Origin: Vicinamibacteria bacterium
GTDB taxonomy: Bacteria > Acidobacteriota > Vicinamibacteria > Marinacidobacterales > Marinacidobacteraceae
Length of the DNA stretch: 64,000 nucleotides
NCBI GenBank assembly: GCA_963555995.3
Contig: OY821641.1
Location: 832,001 to 896,000 of the forward strand
Direction: 5' to 3'
Made by a program: the position numbers and the translations under genes. A model generated the notes under the pieces. The model saw only the letters and a program-made list of their open reading frames with translations. It was not told where the DNA came from and searched no databases. This document shows, piece after piece, positions 49,354-59,273 of the stretch. Each line of letters starts with the position of its first letter. The stretch's first letter is position 1.

Positions 49354-50742
49354 ATGGCCGCCATCGAGGAACTCGCCGTGGAGGTGGACCGCGCCGAAAT
49401 CATCGCTGGCGTGGAGCAGGCGGCGGGCCTCGCCGCGTCGCAGAGCAGCGGCCGTTCCCTGAGCGCCCGCCTCGACGCCGGCGAGGGGCGCCTGGTCTGC
49501 TACGCCCGCAAGCGGGTGGCCGCCGAGGTTCAGGATCCCGAGACCCAGGTCGCGGTCAGCGCCGCGCCCGAAGGGTCGTCTCCCGGCGAGCTAGTGGAAA
49601 TCCCCGTTCCTTTCGGGACCGCCGCCCGCAGCGCGGCGAGGGCGGCCCGCGCCGTGCTCGAAGCGCGGCTGGGCGCCGCCCGGATGCTCGCCCGCGCCGA
49701 GCGCTACCGGGATCGCGTCGGCAAGCTGGAAACGGCCACCGTCGCTCGCCGCGAGGGGCAGGACCTCATCGTCAACCTGGGACCGGTCGAGGGCCGGCTG
49801 CCCGCCGAGGAGCAGAGCCGCCACGAGGTCTTCAACCCCGAGGACACCATCCGGGTCGCGGTTCACTCCATCGAACCCCACGATCCTCCCGTCATCCTTT
49901 CCCGGATCGCCCCGTCCGTCCTGGCGGGATTGATCGAGCGCGAGACGCCGGAAGTCCGCCGCGGCGTCGTCCGGGTCCGGGGGGTCGCGCGCCATCCGGG
50001 ACTCCGGGCCAAGGTGGCGGTGTCCAGCGCGGCCCCCGACGTGGATCCGGTAGCCGCCTGCCTCGGGCCGGGAGGCTCCCGCATTCGCGCGGTGAGCCGG
50101 GAACTTCGCGGGGAACGGGTGGACGTGGTCCTGTGGAACGAGCGGGTGGAGAAGTTCGCGCGGAACGCGCTGCGTCCGGCGGAAGTGCTCGACATCCGGC
50201 GAGTGGACGAGGAGTCCGGCGAGGGAGCCTCACGGAGGCTGCGCCAGGACGGTGGGCTGCTGGTCACGGTTTCCGAAGCCGAGTTGCCCCGCACCCTCGG
50301 AAAGCGCGGCCAGAACGTCCGCCTCGCGTCCGAACTGCTCGGGATCCCCATCGAAGTCGTGGCCGAGGGAGCATCTCCGCGGGAGGACGCGCGGCGGGAC
50401 CGGCGCGGCCCCCGCGAAGGGGCGCCTTCCCGGCGCGGCCCCCGCGACGGGCGTTCTCCGGGACGCGGTCCCCGCGATGGGCGTTCTCCGGGACGCGGCC
50501 CCCGCGACGGGCGTTCTCCGGGACGCGGCCCCCGCGACGGGCGTTCTCCGGAACGCGGCCCCCGCGATTCCCGTTCTCCCCGGCGCGGTCCCCGTGACGG
50601 GGAGTCATCCCGGCGGGGTCCCGACCGGGGGCGCGGCGGCCCCCCGCGGCGCCATGGTCCGCGGGATCACCGGCCGGGTCCCGCGCGGGACGATCGGTCG
50701 GGGCGGGCGCGGCAGCCCGCGCCGGAGGCACGGGACCGTTAG
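49354..50742 (+). CDS. nusA: transcription termination/antitermination factor NusA with repetitive C-terminal tail
   Basis: S1 and KH domains: ILSR, PEV..G.V, ARHPG.RAKVAV, DPVAACLG..GSRI, GKRGQNVRLAS. Confidence 0.93.
   Translation: MAAIEELAVEVDRAEIIAGVEQAAGLAASQSSGRSLSARLDAGEGRLVCYARKRVAAEVQDPETQVAVSAAPEGSSPGELVEIPVPFGTAARSAARAARAVLEARLGAARMLARAERYRDRVGKLETATVARREGQDLIVNLGPVEGRLPAEEQSRHEVFNPEDTIRVAVHSIEPHDPPVILSRIAPSVLAGLIERETPEVRRGVVRVRGVARHPGLRAKVAVSSAAPDVDPVAACLGPGGSRIRAVSRELRGERVDVVLWNERVEKFARNALRPAEVLDIRRVDEESGEGASRRLRQDGGLLVTVSEAELPRTLGKRGQNVRLASELLGIPIEVVAEGASPREDARRDRRGPREGAPSRRGPRDGRSPGRGPRDGRSPGRGPRDGRSPGRGPRDGRSPERGPRDSRSPRRGPRDGESSRRGPDRGRGGPPRRHGPRDHRPGPARDDRSGRARQPAPEARDR
50401..50610 (+). 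repeat. coding tandem repeat, 7 x 30 bp (RGPRDGRSPG)
   Basis: 30-bp periodicity visible directly. Confidence 0.9.
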
Positions 50743-53454
50743 ATGCCGTCCACCGTCAGGGTCAGCGACCTCGCCAAGGAGGTCGGGATGGAGCCGGGTG
50801 AACTCCTCCGGGTCCTGCAGACCGACTTCAGTCTGAGAGTCCGGACCGTCTCGTCGTCCATCGGGGACAGCGACGCCCGGAAGGTCAGGAACCGGCTCCG
50901 CCTGCAGCAGCGGCGGGCGTCGCGCCCCGACCGCCGGCTCCAGGCCGCCGAGAACATCCGGCGCGCCGCCGAGCAGCGCCGTCTGCGGGAAGCCGCGGAA
51001 GCGAAGGCGCGCGGCGAAGCCGAGCGGAAGGCGCGGGAGGAGGCCGAGGCGAAGGCGCGGGAGGAAGCCGAAGCGAAGGCGCGCGCCGAGGAAGAGGAGG
51101 CCGCGCGGCAGGCCGCCGAAGCGGCCGCCGCCGAGCGGCGCGCGGAAGCCGAGCGCCGGGCCGCCGAGGCGGCCGCCAGGGAACCCGAAGCCGAAGCGGC
51201 CCCGGAACCCGCCGAGCCCGCCGGAGCGCCGCCAAAGGCCGCCCCCGAGGCCCGCGCGGAGGAGATCGCGGTCCGTACGACGCCGGCCGAAGCGCCGGCC
51301 CGCCCCGAGCGAATGGCGGCGGCTGCCGACAAACCGGCGGCACCGGCCGCCCCGGCGGCGCCGCGCCGCCTCGAGACCAGGAGCATCGCGTCCACCGCGG
51401 GCCCCGCCCAGTTCCGGCCCGGAGCCACCGACCGCAAGATCGTGCCGGCCGTGACCCGGCCGGTCCGCAGGGCCACCCCGCCGCGGATCCGGGCCACGCC
51501 GCCGCCGCTCAGGAGAACGCCGTCGGGGCCGCCCAAGGCCCAGCGCCCCGCTCCGGGCCGGCGGTCCAAGGGACGGCGGCGCCAGGCGCCGGCGGAGACC
51601 CCCGAGGCTCTGGAGGGCTTCGACAGCCCGCTGCCGCCGGGGTTGCGCCAGGCGGTGACCCGGGAATACCGGACCACGGCCTCGGTCACGCTGAACGACG
51701 GGATCACCGTGAAGGGTCTCGCGGAAGCCATGAGCATCCCGACCGTCGAGGTGATCAAGGCGCTGCTGCTCCAGCACGGAGTGGCGGCCTCCATCAACCA
51801 GCCGCTCGATACGGAGATCGCCACCAAGCTGGTCCTGCGCTACGGGGGGACCATCGCCGAGGCCGGGGCCGCGCCGGCCGAGACGCCCGCCGGCAAGGCG
51901 CCGGCGGCCGGCCGCGAGGAGGAAGACCGGAAGAAGGAGGATCTGGTCGAGCGGGCTCCGGTGGTCACCGTGATGGGTCACGTGGACCACGGGAAGACGA
52001 GCCTCCTCGACGCCATCCGCAGCGCCCGGGTGGTGGACAGCGAGGCGGGCGGCATCACCCAGCACATGAGCGCCTACACGGTGGAAACGAACGGCCACCG
52101 GCTCGTCTTCCTGGACACCCCGGGGCACGAGGCCTTCACCAAGATGCGGGCTCGCGGCGCCGGCGTCACCGACGTGGTGATCCTGGTGGTGGCGGCGGAT
52201 GACGGCGTCAAGGAACAGACCATCGAAGCGCTGAACCACGCTCGCGCGGCCGGAGTGCCGATCGTGGTGGCGGTGAACAAGATGGACAAGCCGGCGGCCG
52301 ATCCCGACCTCGTCATGCGTCAACTGGCGGAGCGCGAGGTGACTCCCGAGGACTGGGGCGGCGACTCCATCTTCTGCCAGGTATCCGCGAAGACCCACGA
52401 CGGGCTCCCCGAACTGCTGCAGTCCGTGCTCGACGTGGCGGAACTCGAGGAACCCACCGCGAACCCGCGGGGACCCGCCCAGGGCGTGGTCCTCGAGGCC
52501 CGGAAGGACAAGGGCCGCGGCCCGGTGGCCCAGTTCCTGGTCCAGGAGGGCACGCTGTCCATCGGCGACACGGTGAGCGCCGGCGCGGCCTGGGGCAAGG
52601 TGCGGGCGCTCCTCGACGAGTCGGGGCGGCGGATGAAGAAGGCGCTTCCGTCCACGCCCTGCGAGGTGCTCGGACTCACCGAGGTGCCGGTGGTCGGCGA
52701 CCCGTTCTCGGCCACCCGGACGCCGGCGGACGCGCGGCGCGCGGCGGAGGAGAAGAAGGAAGAAACCCGCCTGCAGTTGATCGAGGGACGCCAGCGGCTG
52801 AACCTCCAGAACCTGCACGCCCAGATGAGCGGCGGCCTGAAGGAACTCTCGATCGTGGTGAAGGCGGATGTCGGGGGAACCGTGGAGGCGGTCCGGGACG
52901 CGCTGGAACGGCTTTCGACGGACGACGTCAAGGTCCGGGTGATCCACGCCGGCGCGGGCGCGGTCTCGGAGAGCGACGTGAATCTGGCGTCGGCGACCGA
53001 GTCCATCATCGTCGCCTTCGGCGTTCGCCCGGATCCCCAGGCGCAGCGGCTGGCCGAGCAGGAGAAGGTCGAGATCCGCGGCCACACGGTCATCTACCAC
53101 CTCGTCGAGGAGATGGAGAAGGCGCTCGCGGGACTCCTGGAACCGGAGACCGAGATCGTCGAACTCGGCAAGATCGAGGTGCGGCGCACGTTCCAGGTGC
53201 CGCGAGTGGGGATCGTGGCCGGTTCCTACGTCCTCGCGGGCACGGTTCCGAGGAACTCCCGGGTGCGGCTGGTCCGCGACGGGCGGTTGGTGCACACCGG
53301 ACGCATCGGCAGCCTCCGCCGGTTCAAGGAAGACGTTTCCCAGGTCCGCGAGGGCTTCGAGTGCGGTGTCGGAATCGCCGGCTACAACGACGTGAAGATC
53401 GGCGACATCATCGAGGCGTTCCGCGAGGAGCAGGTCCGTCCGGCCGCCGACTGA
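50743..53454 (+). CDS. infB: translation initiation factor IF-2
   Basis: [50 protein letters not shown]. Confidence 0.98.
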   Translation: MPSTVRVSDLAKEVGMEPGELLRVLQTDFSLRVRTVSSSIGDSDARKVRNRLRLQQRRASRPDRRLQAAENIRRAAEQRRLREAAEAKARGEAERKAREEAEAKAREEAEAKARAEEEEAARQAAEAAAAERRAEAERRAAEAAAREPEAEAAPEPAEPAGAPPKAAPEARAEEIAVRTTPAEAPARPERMAAAADKPAAPAAPAAPRRLETRSIASTAGPAQFRPGATDRKIVPAVTRPVRRATPPRIRATPPPLRRTPSGPPKAQRPAPGRRSKGRRRQAPAETPEALEGFDSPLPPGLRQAVTREYRTTASVTLNDGITVKGLAEAMSIPTVEVIKALLLQHGVAASINQPLDTEIATKLVLRYGGTIAEAGAAPAETPAGKAPAAGREEEDRKKEDLVERAPVVTVMGHVDHGKTSLLDAIRSARVVDSEAGGITQHMSAYTVETNGHRLVFLDTPGHEAFTKMRARGAGVTDVVILVVAADDGVKEQTIEALNHARAAGVPIVVAVNKMDKPAADPDLVMRQLAEREVTPEDWGGDSIFCQVSAKTHDGLPELLQSVLDVAELEEPTANPRGPAQGVVLEARKDKGRGPVAQFLVQEGTLSIGDTVSAGAAWGKVRALLDESGRRMKKALPSTPCEVLGLTEVPVVGDPFSATRTPADARRAAEEKKEETRLQLIEGRQRLNLQNLHAQMSGGLKELSIVVKADVGGTVEAVRDALERLSTDDVKVRVIHAGAGAVSESDVNLASATESIIVAFGVRPDPQAQRLAEQEKVEIRGHTVIYHLVEEMEKALAGLLEPETEIVELGKIEVRRTFQVPRVGIVAGSYVLAGTVPRNSRVRLVRDGRLVHTGRIGSLRRFKEDVSQVREGFECGVGIAGYNDVKIGDIIEAFREEQVRPAAD

Positions 53455-53497
53455 ACCCGGTGCGCGGCCCGGCTCCCTGCTGGCAATAATTCATCTC

Positions 53498-53806
53498 GTG
53501 ACCGGGCCCGGCACGCGGGTGGGGCTCCTCCGCATCTCCCTGCGCCTCCCCTACGCGCGGTCGCGGAAGGATCGGCGCAGCGTGGTCCGGTCGCTGTCGG
53601 ACCGGCTGCGCGCCCGCTGCCTGGTGGCGGTCGCCGAAACCGGAGATCCGGAGATGCTCCGGGAGGCGGAGGTTTCCGTGGTCGCCGTCGGCCTCGGGGA
53701 AGCGGTGGTGAACGCCCGGCTGGAGACGGCGCGCAACATCGCCGTTCGCGCGTACCCTTCGGAGGTGGCGGACACCGCGATCGAGTGGCTGGCCGTCCAG
53801 GAGTAG
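53498..53806 (+). CDS. DUF503 (YlxP-like) protein
   Basis: VGLL.ISL..ARSRKDRRSVV.SL..R..VAVAE; typical position between infB and rbfA. Confidence 0.85.
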   Translation: MTGPGTRVGLLRISLRLPYARSRKDRRSVVRSLSDRLRARCLVAVAETGDPEMLREAEVSVVAVGLGEAVVNARLETARNIAVRAYPSEVADTAIEWLAVQE

Positions 53807-53822
53807 GAGTGGCTGCTAGCCG

Positions 53823-54248
53823 ATGAGAACCGGGGGAAGGCGCGAACGGGTCGCCGAGGCGATCCGGCGGGAGGTGGCGGGCATCCTGCGGTTCGAACTG
53901 GCGGACCCCCGGGTCGGGCGCGCGACGGTGACCCGCGTCGAGCTGACGGGCGACCTCACCGTGGCCCGGGTCTACGTTTCGGTCTACGGCAGCGAAGCCG
54001 ACCGGAAGGAGACGCTCGCCGTCCTCGGTCGGGCGCGGGGCCGGGTGCGGACGCTGCTGGGGTCCAGGGTCCGGCTGCGCGCGACCCCGGAGGTCCGGTT
54101 CGTGTTCGACCCGTCGGTCGAGTTCTCGATCCGGCTGGAGCAGATCCTCGACCGGGAGCGCGCCGCCCGCCCCCGGACGGCGGGGGACGAGTCCCGGGAG
54201 GGAGGCGAGCGGGGCGAGCCCGCCGGCCCCGGCGAGGAGACGAACTGA
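53823..54248 (+). CDS. rbfA: ribosome-binding factor A
   Basis: RERVAEAIRRE, DPRV, VTRVELTGDL..ARVY, LRATPEVRF..D.S. Confidence 0.95.
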   Translation: MRTGGRRERVAEAIRREVAGILRFELADPRVGRATVTRVELTGDLTVARVYVSVYGSEADRKETLAVLGRARGRVRTLLGSRVRLRATPEVRFVFDPSVEFSIRLEQILDRERAARPRTAGDESREGGERGEPAGPGEETN

Positions 54249-55195
54249 TCTCCGGCCTCCTCCTCGTGGACAAGGACGAGGGACTCACCTCCTTCGCGGT
54301 CGTGCGGCGCATCCGGGCGACCCTCGGCGGCGTCCGGGCCGGTCATGCCGGTTCCCTCGATCCCTTCGCGACCGGACTGCTGCCCGTCTGCGTGGGCCGG
54401 GCGACCCGGCTGGTCCGGTTCGTGGCCGCGGGCGCCAAGCGGTATCGCGCCCGGGTGCGTTTCGGGCAGGCCACCGATACCGACGACGCGACCGGGCAGC
54501 CGCTGGGCGCTCCCGCCGCCTGCCCGGAATCGTCCGCGATCGGGCGGGTGCTCCCGGAGTTCCTCGGCGCGATCGACCAGGTCCCGCCGCGCTACTCGGC
54601 GAAACAGGTTGGGGGCCGCCGGGCATACCGTCTGGCGCGCGCGGGCCGTCCCCTGCGGCTGGCCCCGAGCCGGGTCCGGGTGGATGAACTGGATCTGCTC
54701 GGCTACGACGGGAGGGTGGCGGAGTTCGCCTGCCAGGTGGGGCCGGGCACGTACATCCGCGCGCTCGCCCGGGACCTCGGCGAACGTCTCGGCGGCGCGG
54801 CGCACCTCGCCGCGCTGCGGCGCACCGGCGTGGGGCCGTTCGAAGTGTCGGCCGCGGCCCGGCTCGACGAGCTGCCGGACCGGGACGCCATCACCGCGCG
54901 TCTCCTCGACCCGCTCTCGGCCCTCACGGGGATGCCGCGACTGCCCGTATCGGAGGCGGAGTCCCGGCTCCTGGGGCACGGCCGGCGGCTCCCGTACCGC
55001 GCGCCCGCCGAGGGCGCCGGCCGGCCCGCGGGCCCGCCATCCGAAGGCGAGGTCCGTTGCGCGGTGGCGTCCCCCGACCCGCCCTCGGGTTCGGCCGGCG
55101 CGGGCGGCCCGGCGCTGATTGCCGTGGTCTCGGCCGCGCCGGACGGCTGGTGCCCGTTGGTGGTCTGGAACCCGAGCGGGAGCGACCGCGCATGA
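54245..55195 (+). CDS. truB: tRNA pseudouridine(55) synthase (probable CTG start at 54245)
   Basis: [48 protein letters not shown]. Confidence 0.94.
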   Translation: MISGLLLVDKDEGLTSFAVVRRIRATLGGVRAGHAGSLDPFATGLLPVCVGRATRLVRFVAAGAKRYRARVRFGQATDTDDATGQPLGAPAACPESSAIGRVLPEFLGAIDQVPPRYSAKQVGGRRAYRLARAGRPLRLAPSRVRVDELDLLGYDGRVAEFACQVGPGTYIRALARDLGERLGGAAHLAALRRTGVGPFEVSAAARLDELPDRDAITARLLDPLSALTGMPRLPVSEAESRLLGHGRRLPYRAPAEGAGRPAGPPSEGEVRCAVASPDPPSGSAGAGGPALIAVVSAAPDGWCPLVVWNPSGSDRA

Positions 55196-55199
55196 GCCT

Positions 55200-55366
55200 T
55201 GGCACGCCGGTCTCCAGACCGGCGCGCGCCGCGCTCCGCACTGCGCACGTCGCGACCTGCCCACGCCTGGAACGCCGGTCTCCAGACCGGCACGCGCGGC
55301 GCTCCGCGCTGCGCACGTCGCAACCCACCCACGCCTGGAACCCCGATCCCCAGACCGGCACGCGGC
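55200..55366. repeat. tandem array of REP-like units, 68-bp period (starts 55200, 55268, 55336)
   Basis: TGGAACGCCGGTCTCCAGACCGGC.. repeated with near-identical linkers; third unit partial. Confidence 0.85.
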
Positions 55367-55548
55367 ATGTCCTTGCCGGTGTGGTAAGGTGCGCCGCGAA
55401 CGACAAGCCGACCGGGGGATTGCGATCACGAAGACCGAGCGTCTTGGCCGGCGGGCAGCGAGCCCGGCAGACCGAACCATTCATCAGGCGGCATAGCGAA
55501 CACACAAGTAGCGCCGGCCCGGCTGGCGGCAAACAGGGAAACAGGGAA

Positions 55549-55818
55549 TTGGCACTCACACCGACATCACGGCGCGCCATCGTCGAGAAGTACCGGCGGC
55601 ACGAAACGGACGCCGGTTCACCGGAGGTCCAGGTCGCGCTCCTGACGGCGCGGATCACCGGACTGGCGGACCACTTCGGCGATCATCGGAAGGACCACGC
55701 CTCGCGGCGGGGCCTGCTCCGCATGGTCAGCCGGCGCCGGCGCCTCCTGGACTATCTGCGGCGGGAAGACGTGGAGCGGTATCGAACCCTGATCACTTCC
55801 CTCGGCCTCAGAAAGTAG
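55549..55818 (+). CDS. rpsO: 30S ribosomal protein S15
   Basis: [42 protein letters not shown]; TTG start, 89 aa. Confidence 0.97.
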   Translation: MALTPTSRRAIVEKYRRHETDAGSPEVQVALLTARITGLADHFGDHRKDHASRRGLLRMVSRRRRLLDYLRREDVERYRTLITSLGLRK

Positions 55819-55911
55819 TCCGGCGCGCATCCACTTGCCGGCAGGCCGCCCAGGCCAACGAACGCCGCGGACCCGAAGCGGACTCCCGGCACCAGAGAAG
55901 GAAGAAAGAAC

Positions 55912-58080
55912 TTGATTGAAACGGTACAGACCCGGATCGGCAGCAACGATCTGATCATCGAGACCGGGCGGATCGCCCGGCAGGCCGCGGGAGCGGTGAC
56001 CGTCCGCCTCGGCGACACGGTCGTCCTCGCCGCGGTGACGGCGTCCCGCAGCGATCGGCCGGACGTTGATTTCCTGCCGCTGGCGGTGGACTATCGGGAG
56101 AGCTTCTACGCGGCGGGCCGGATCCCGGGCGGTTTCTTCAAGCGCGAAGGCCGGCCCAACGAGAAGGAGATCCTCACCTGCCGCCTGATTGACCGTCCGC
56201 TGCGGCCGCTGTTCCCGAGCGGCTGGCGCCGCGAGACACAGGTCACCTGTCTGCTGGTGTCCACGGACCGCGAAAACGATTCCGACGTCCTGGCGATTAC
56301 CGGAGCGGCGGCGGCGCTCGGGATTTCCGACCTCCCCTTCGACACCTCCATCGGTGCGGTGCGGGTCGGTCTCGTGGACGACGAGTTCGTCCTCTGTCCG
56401 ACGTTCTCCGACCTGGATCGCTCGGCGCTGAATCTCGTCGTGGCCGGTTCCGACGACGCCATCGTGATGGTCGAGGCGGGCGCCGAAGACGTGCCCGAGT
56501 CCCGGATGGTGGAAGCGCTCAGCTTCGCCCACGAGGGAATCCGCCGCATCGTCGGCATCCAGCAGGAACTCGTGAGCCGGCTGCAGCCGAAGAAGCAGGT
56601 GGTGGTGGCGAAGGATCCGGACCCGGCCCTGGCCACCGAGATCGCGGACGGATTCCGCGAACGGCTGAAGGACGCCTTGCAGACCCCGGGCAAGCTCGCG
56701 GCCTCCCGCGCCGTGGACGAGGTCAAGACGGCCATCGCCGCCAGCCTCGAAGATCGGAGCGACGAAGAGCGTTCCGCCGCCTCCGGCATCGTCAAGGCGA
56801 TGGAGGAGGACATCCTCCGCTGCACGATCCTCGAGGACGGAAAGCGTCTGGACGGGAGGGCCTTCGACGAGATCCGCTCGTTGTCCTGCGATGTCGGCTT
56901 TCTCCCCCGGACGCACGGTTCCGCCGTTTTCACCCGCGGGGAGACGCAGGCGCTCGTGGTCACCACCCTGGCGCCCCTCAGCGAGAGCCAGCGCCTCGAC
57001 TGGGTGCACGGTTCCGGGGAGAAGCGCTTCCTCCTGCACTACAACTTCCCGGCCTTCTCCGTGGGAGAAGCCCGGATGATGCGCGGTCCGGGCCGGCGCG
57101 AAATCGGGCACGGGGCCCTCGCCGAGCGCGCCCTGCTGCCCGCGATCCCCGGCGAGGAGCAGTTCAACTACGCCATCCGGGTGGTCTCCGACACCCTCGA
57201 GTCCAACGGATCGAGCTCCATGGCGGCGGTGACCGGAGGTTGCCTGTCGCTCATGGACGCCGGCGTGCCGCTCAAGGCGCCCATCGCCGGCATCGCGATG
57301 GGCCTCATCACCCGCGGCGACGAGTACCGGGTGCTGACCGACATCGCGGGGGCCGAAGACCACTACGGAGACATGGACTTCAAGGTCGCGGGCACCGCGA
57401 ACGGGATCACCGCGCTGCAGATGGACATCAAGATCTCCGGGCTGCGGCTCGACATCGTCACCGACGCCCTCGAGCAGGCGCGGCGGGCGCGCATCGAGAT
57501 CCTGAAGGCCATGGCGGCCGCGATCCCCGCTCCCCGGAGCGAAACCTCCCAGTACGCGCCGGCGATCCTCACCATGAAGATCCCGGTGCGGAAGATCCGG
57601 GAGGTCATCGGACCGGGCGGCAAGACGATTCGGGGGATCACCGACGAGACCGGAGCGCGGGTGGACGTCTCGGACGACGGGACCATCCACATCGCCGGGC
57701 TCGACGCCAAGTCCACGGCGCGGGCGAAGGAGCGGATCGAGTCCATCGCGGTGAGCCAGCTCCCCGAGGTCGGCCGCGACTACCACGGGGTCGTGAAGAC
57801 GATCGTGGACTTCGGCGCCTTCGTGGAGATCCTTCCGGGAACCGACGGACTGCTCCACATCTCGGAGATCGCGGACCGCCACGTGAACAGCGTGCGGGAC
57901 GAGCTCCAGGAGGGTGACGAGGTCGAGGTCCGGGTCATCGAGGTGGACGGCAACGGCCGGACGCGCCTCTCCTGCAAGGACATCATCCGCGAGCGGGCGG
58001 GCCTGCCGCCGCTGCCGCCCCGGCCGCCGAGGCGGCGCGGCGGCCGCGACCGCGGCGACCGCGGCGACCGCCGGCGGTAG
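55912..58080 (+). CDS. pnp: polyribonucleotide nucleotidyltransferase (PNPase)
   Basis: GRIPGGFFKREGRP, FTRGETQ, RREIGHG, ESNGSSSMA, GDMDFKVAGT, KH and S1 domains. Confidence 0.98.
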   Translation: MIETVQTRIGSNDLIIETGRIARQAAGAVTVRLGDTVVLAAVTASRSDRPDVDFLPLAVDYRESFYAAGRIPGGFFKREGRPNEKEILTCRLIDRPLRPLFPSGWRRETQVTCLLVSTDRENDSDVLAITGAAAALGISDLPFDTSIGAVRVGLVDDEFVLCPTFSDLDRSALNLVVAGSDDAIVMVEAGAEDVPESRMVEALSFAHEGIRRIVGIQQELVSRLQPKKQVVVAKDPDPALATEIADGFRERLKDALQTPGKLAASRAVDEVKTAIAASLEDRSDEERSAASGIVKAMEEDILRCTILEDGKRLDGRAFDEIRSLSCDVGFLPRTHGSAVFTRGETQALVVTTLAPLSESQRLDWVHGSGEKRFLLHYNFPAFSVGEARMMRGPGRREIGHGALAERALLPAIPGEEQFNYAIRVVSDTLESNGSSSMAAVTGGCLSLMDAGVPLKAPIAGIAMGLITRGDEYRVLTDIAGAEDHYGDMDFKVAGTANGITALQMDIKISGLRLDIVTDALEQARRARIEILKAMAAAIPAPRSETSQYAPAILTMKIPVRKIREVIGPGGKTIRGITDETGARVDVSDDGTIHIAGLDAKSTARAKERIESIAVSQLPEVGRDYHGVVKTIVDFGAFVEILPGTDGLLHISEIADRHVNSVRDELQEGDEVEVRVIEVDGNGRTRLSCKDIIRERAGLPPLPPRPPRRRGGRDRGDRGDRRR

Positions 58081-58087
58081 AACGGTC

Positions 58088-58259
58088 TGGGAGCGCCGGT
58101 CTTCAGACCGGCATCGTCCCCCGCAGGGGGACGAAACTCCCGTGGCTGTTTCGCCGCCCGGCGCACCGCTTCACGGTATGGCGGTACACCATTCCCCGGA
58201 CTGACCACGGGAGTTTCGCCCGCTCCGCGGGCGATGCCGCTCTGGAGAGCGGCGCTCCC
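58088..58259. repeat. inverted pair of REP-like palindromes (58088-58112 and 58236-58259)
   Basis: GGGAGCGCCGGTCTTCAGACCGGC ... GCCGCTCTGGAGAGCGGCGCTCCC. Confidence 0.75.
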
Positions 58260-58333
58260 GGAGTCTCGCGGCCTGCCTTCCGCCGCGCCAAATCACCGGT
58301 CCCCTCCGCCCGCTTCCTCCGTAGAATTCCCGG

Positions 58334-59239
58334 ATGGCCGAAGCAGTTCTCACGACCGCCCTGGAGGGCGTCGCCCTCCGTTCCCGCGGCAAGGTCCGCG
58401 ACATCTACGCCGTCGGCGATCACCTCCTGCTGGTGACCACCGACCGGGTCTCGGCCTTCGACGTCGTGCTCCCCGAGGGGATTCCCGAGAAGGGCCGGGT
58501 GCTGAACAGCCTGAGCGCCTGGTGGCTGCGGCGCACCGAGCACATCGTCCCCAACCACCTCGTCACCGACGACGTGGATGAGTACCCCGAGGTGCTGGCG
58601 CCGGCGAAGGGAATGCTGGACGGCCGTTCCATGCTGGTGCGCCGCCTGAACCCGATCCCCTTCGAGTGCGTGATGCGCGGGTTCCTCTACGGTTCCGGCT
58701 GGAAGGAGTACGGGAGGGAGGGCAGCGTGTGCGGCATCTCCCTGCCGGGCGGGATGCAGCTCGCCGAGCGTTTCCCCGAGCCCCTCTTCACGCCGGCCAC
58801 CAAGGCCGAGGACGGCCACGACGAGAACGTGAGCGAGGACTTCATGGCGAACGCGCTGGGTCGGGAGCTGACCACCCGCCTCCACGCGATCTCCCGGGAG
58901 ATCTACGCGAGCGGGGTGGCGTGGGCCGCCGAGCGGGGCATCATCATCGCGGACACCAAGTTCGAGTTCGGACACGACGACGACGGGAAGCTGTACGTCA
59001 TTGACGAGGTGCTGACCCCGGACTCCTCGCGCTTCTGGCCCGCCGACGAATACGCTCCCGGGAAGCTCCAGTCCAGCTTCGACAAGCAGTACGTCCGCGA
59101 CTACCTGGAGACGGTGGACTGGAACAAGGAGCCGCCGGCGCCGCACCTGCCCGGCGAGATCGTCCGGGGGACGACCGAGCGGTTCCTGAGCGCCTATCGC
59201 CAGATCACCGGTTCCTCCCTGCCGGCGCCGCGCTACTGA
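58334..59239 (+). CDS. purC: phosphoribosylaminoimidazolesuccinocarboxamide (SAICAR) synthase
   Basis: RGKVRDIY, DRVSAFD, FTPATKA..GHDEN, IADTKFEFG, DEVLTPDSSRFW, DKQYVRD. Confidence 0.97.
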   Translation: MAEAVLTTALEGVALRSRGKVRDIYAVGDHLLLVTTDRVSAFDVVLPEGIPEKGRVLNSLSAWWLRRTEHIVPNHLVTDDVDEYPEVLAPAKGMLDGRSMLVRRLNPIPFECVMRGFLYGSGWKEYGREGSVCGISLPGGMQLAERFPEPLFTPATKAEDGHDENVSEDFMANALGRELTTRLHAISREIYASGVAWAAERGIIIADTKFEFGHDDDGKLYVIDEVLTPDSSRFWPADEYAPGKLQSSFDKQYVRDYLETVDWNKEPPAPHLPGEIVRGTTERFLSAYRQITGSSLPAPRY

Positions 59240-59273
59240 CCCGCCGCCCGGGGACCCTCCGGCCGCTTCCGGG

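Noticed and set aside
50990-51200. EEAEAKAR repeats in IF-2
   Set aside because: A charged helical repeat is normal for IF-2 N-terminal regions
55200-55366. 68-bp periodic palindromic array as a possible CRISPR
   Set aside because: The linkers are near-identical rather than unique spacers, no cas genes are present, and the same unit is dispersed elsewhere as a REP-like repeat
55380-55548. S15 autoregulatory leader RNA before rpsO
   Set aside because: The position is plausible, but I cannot match a known leader structure by eye; needs an Infernal search
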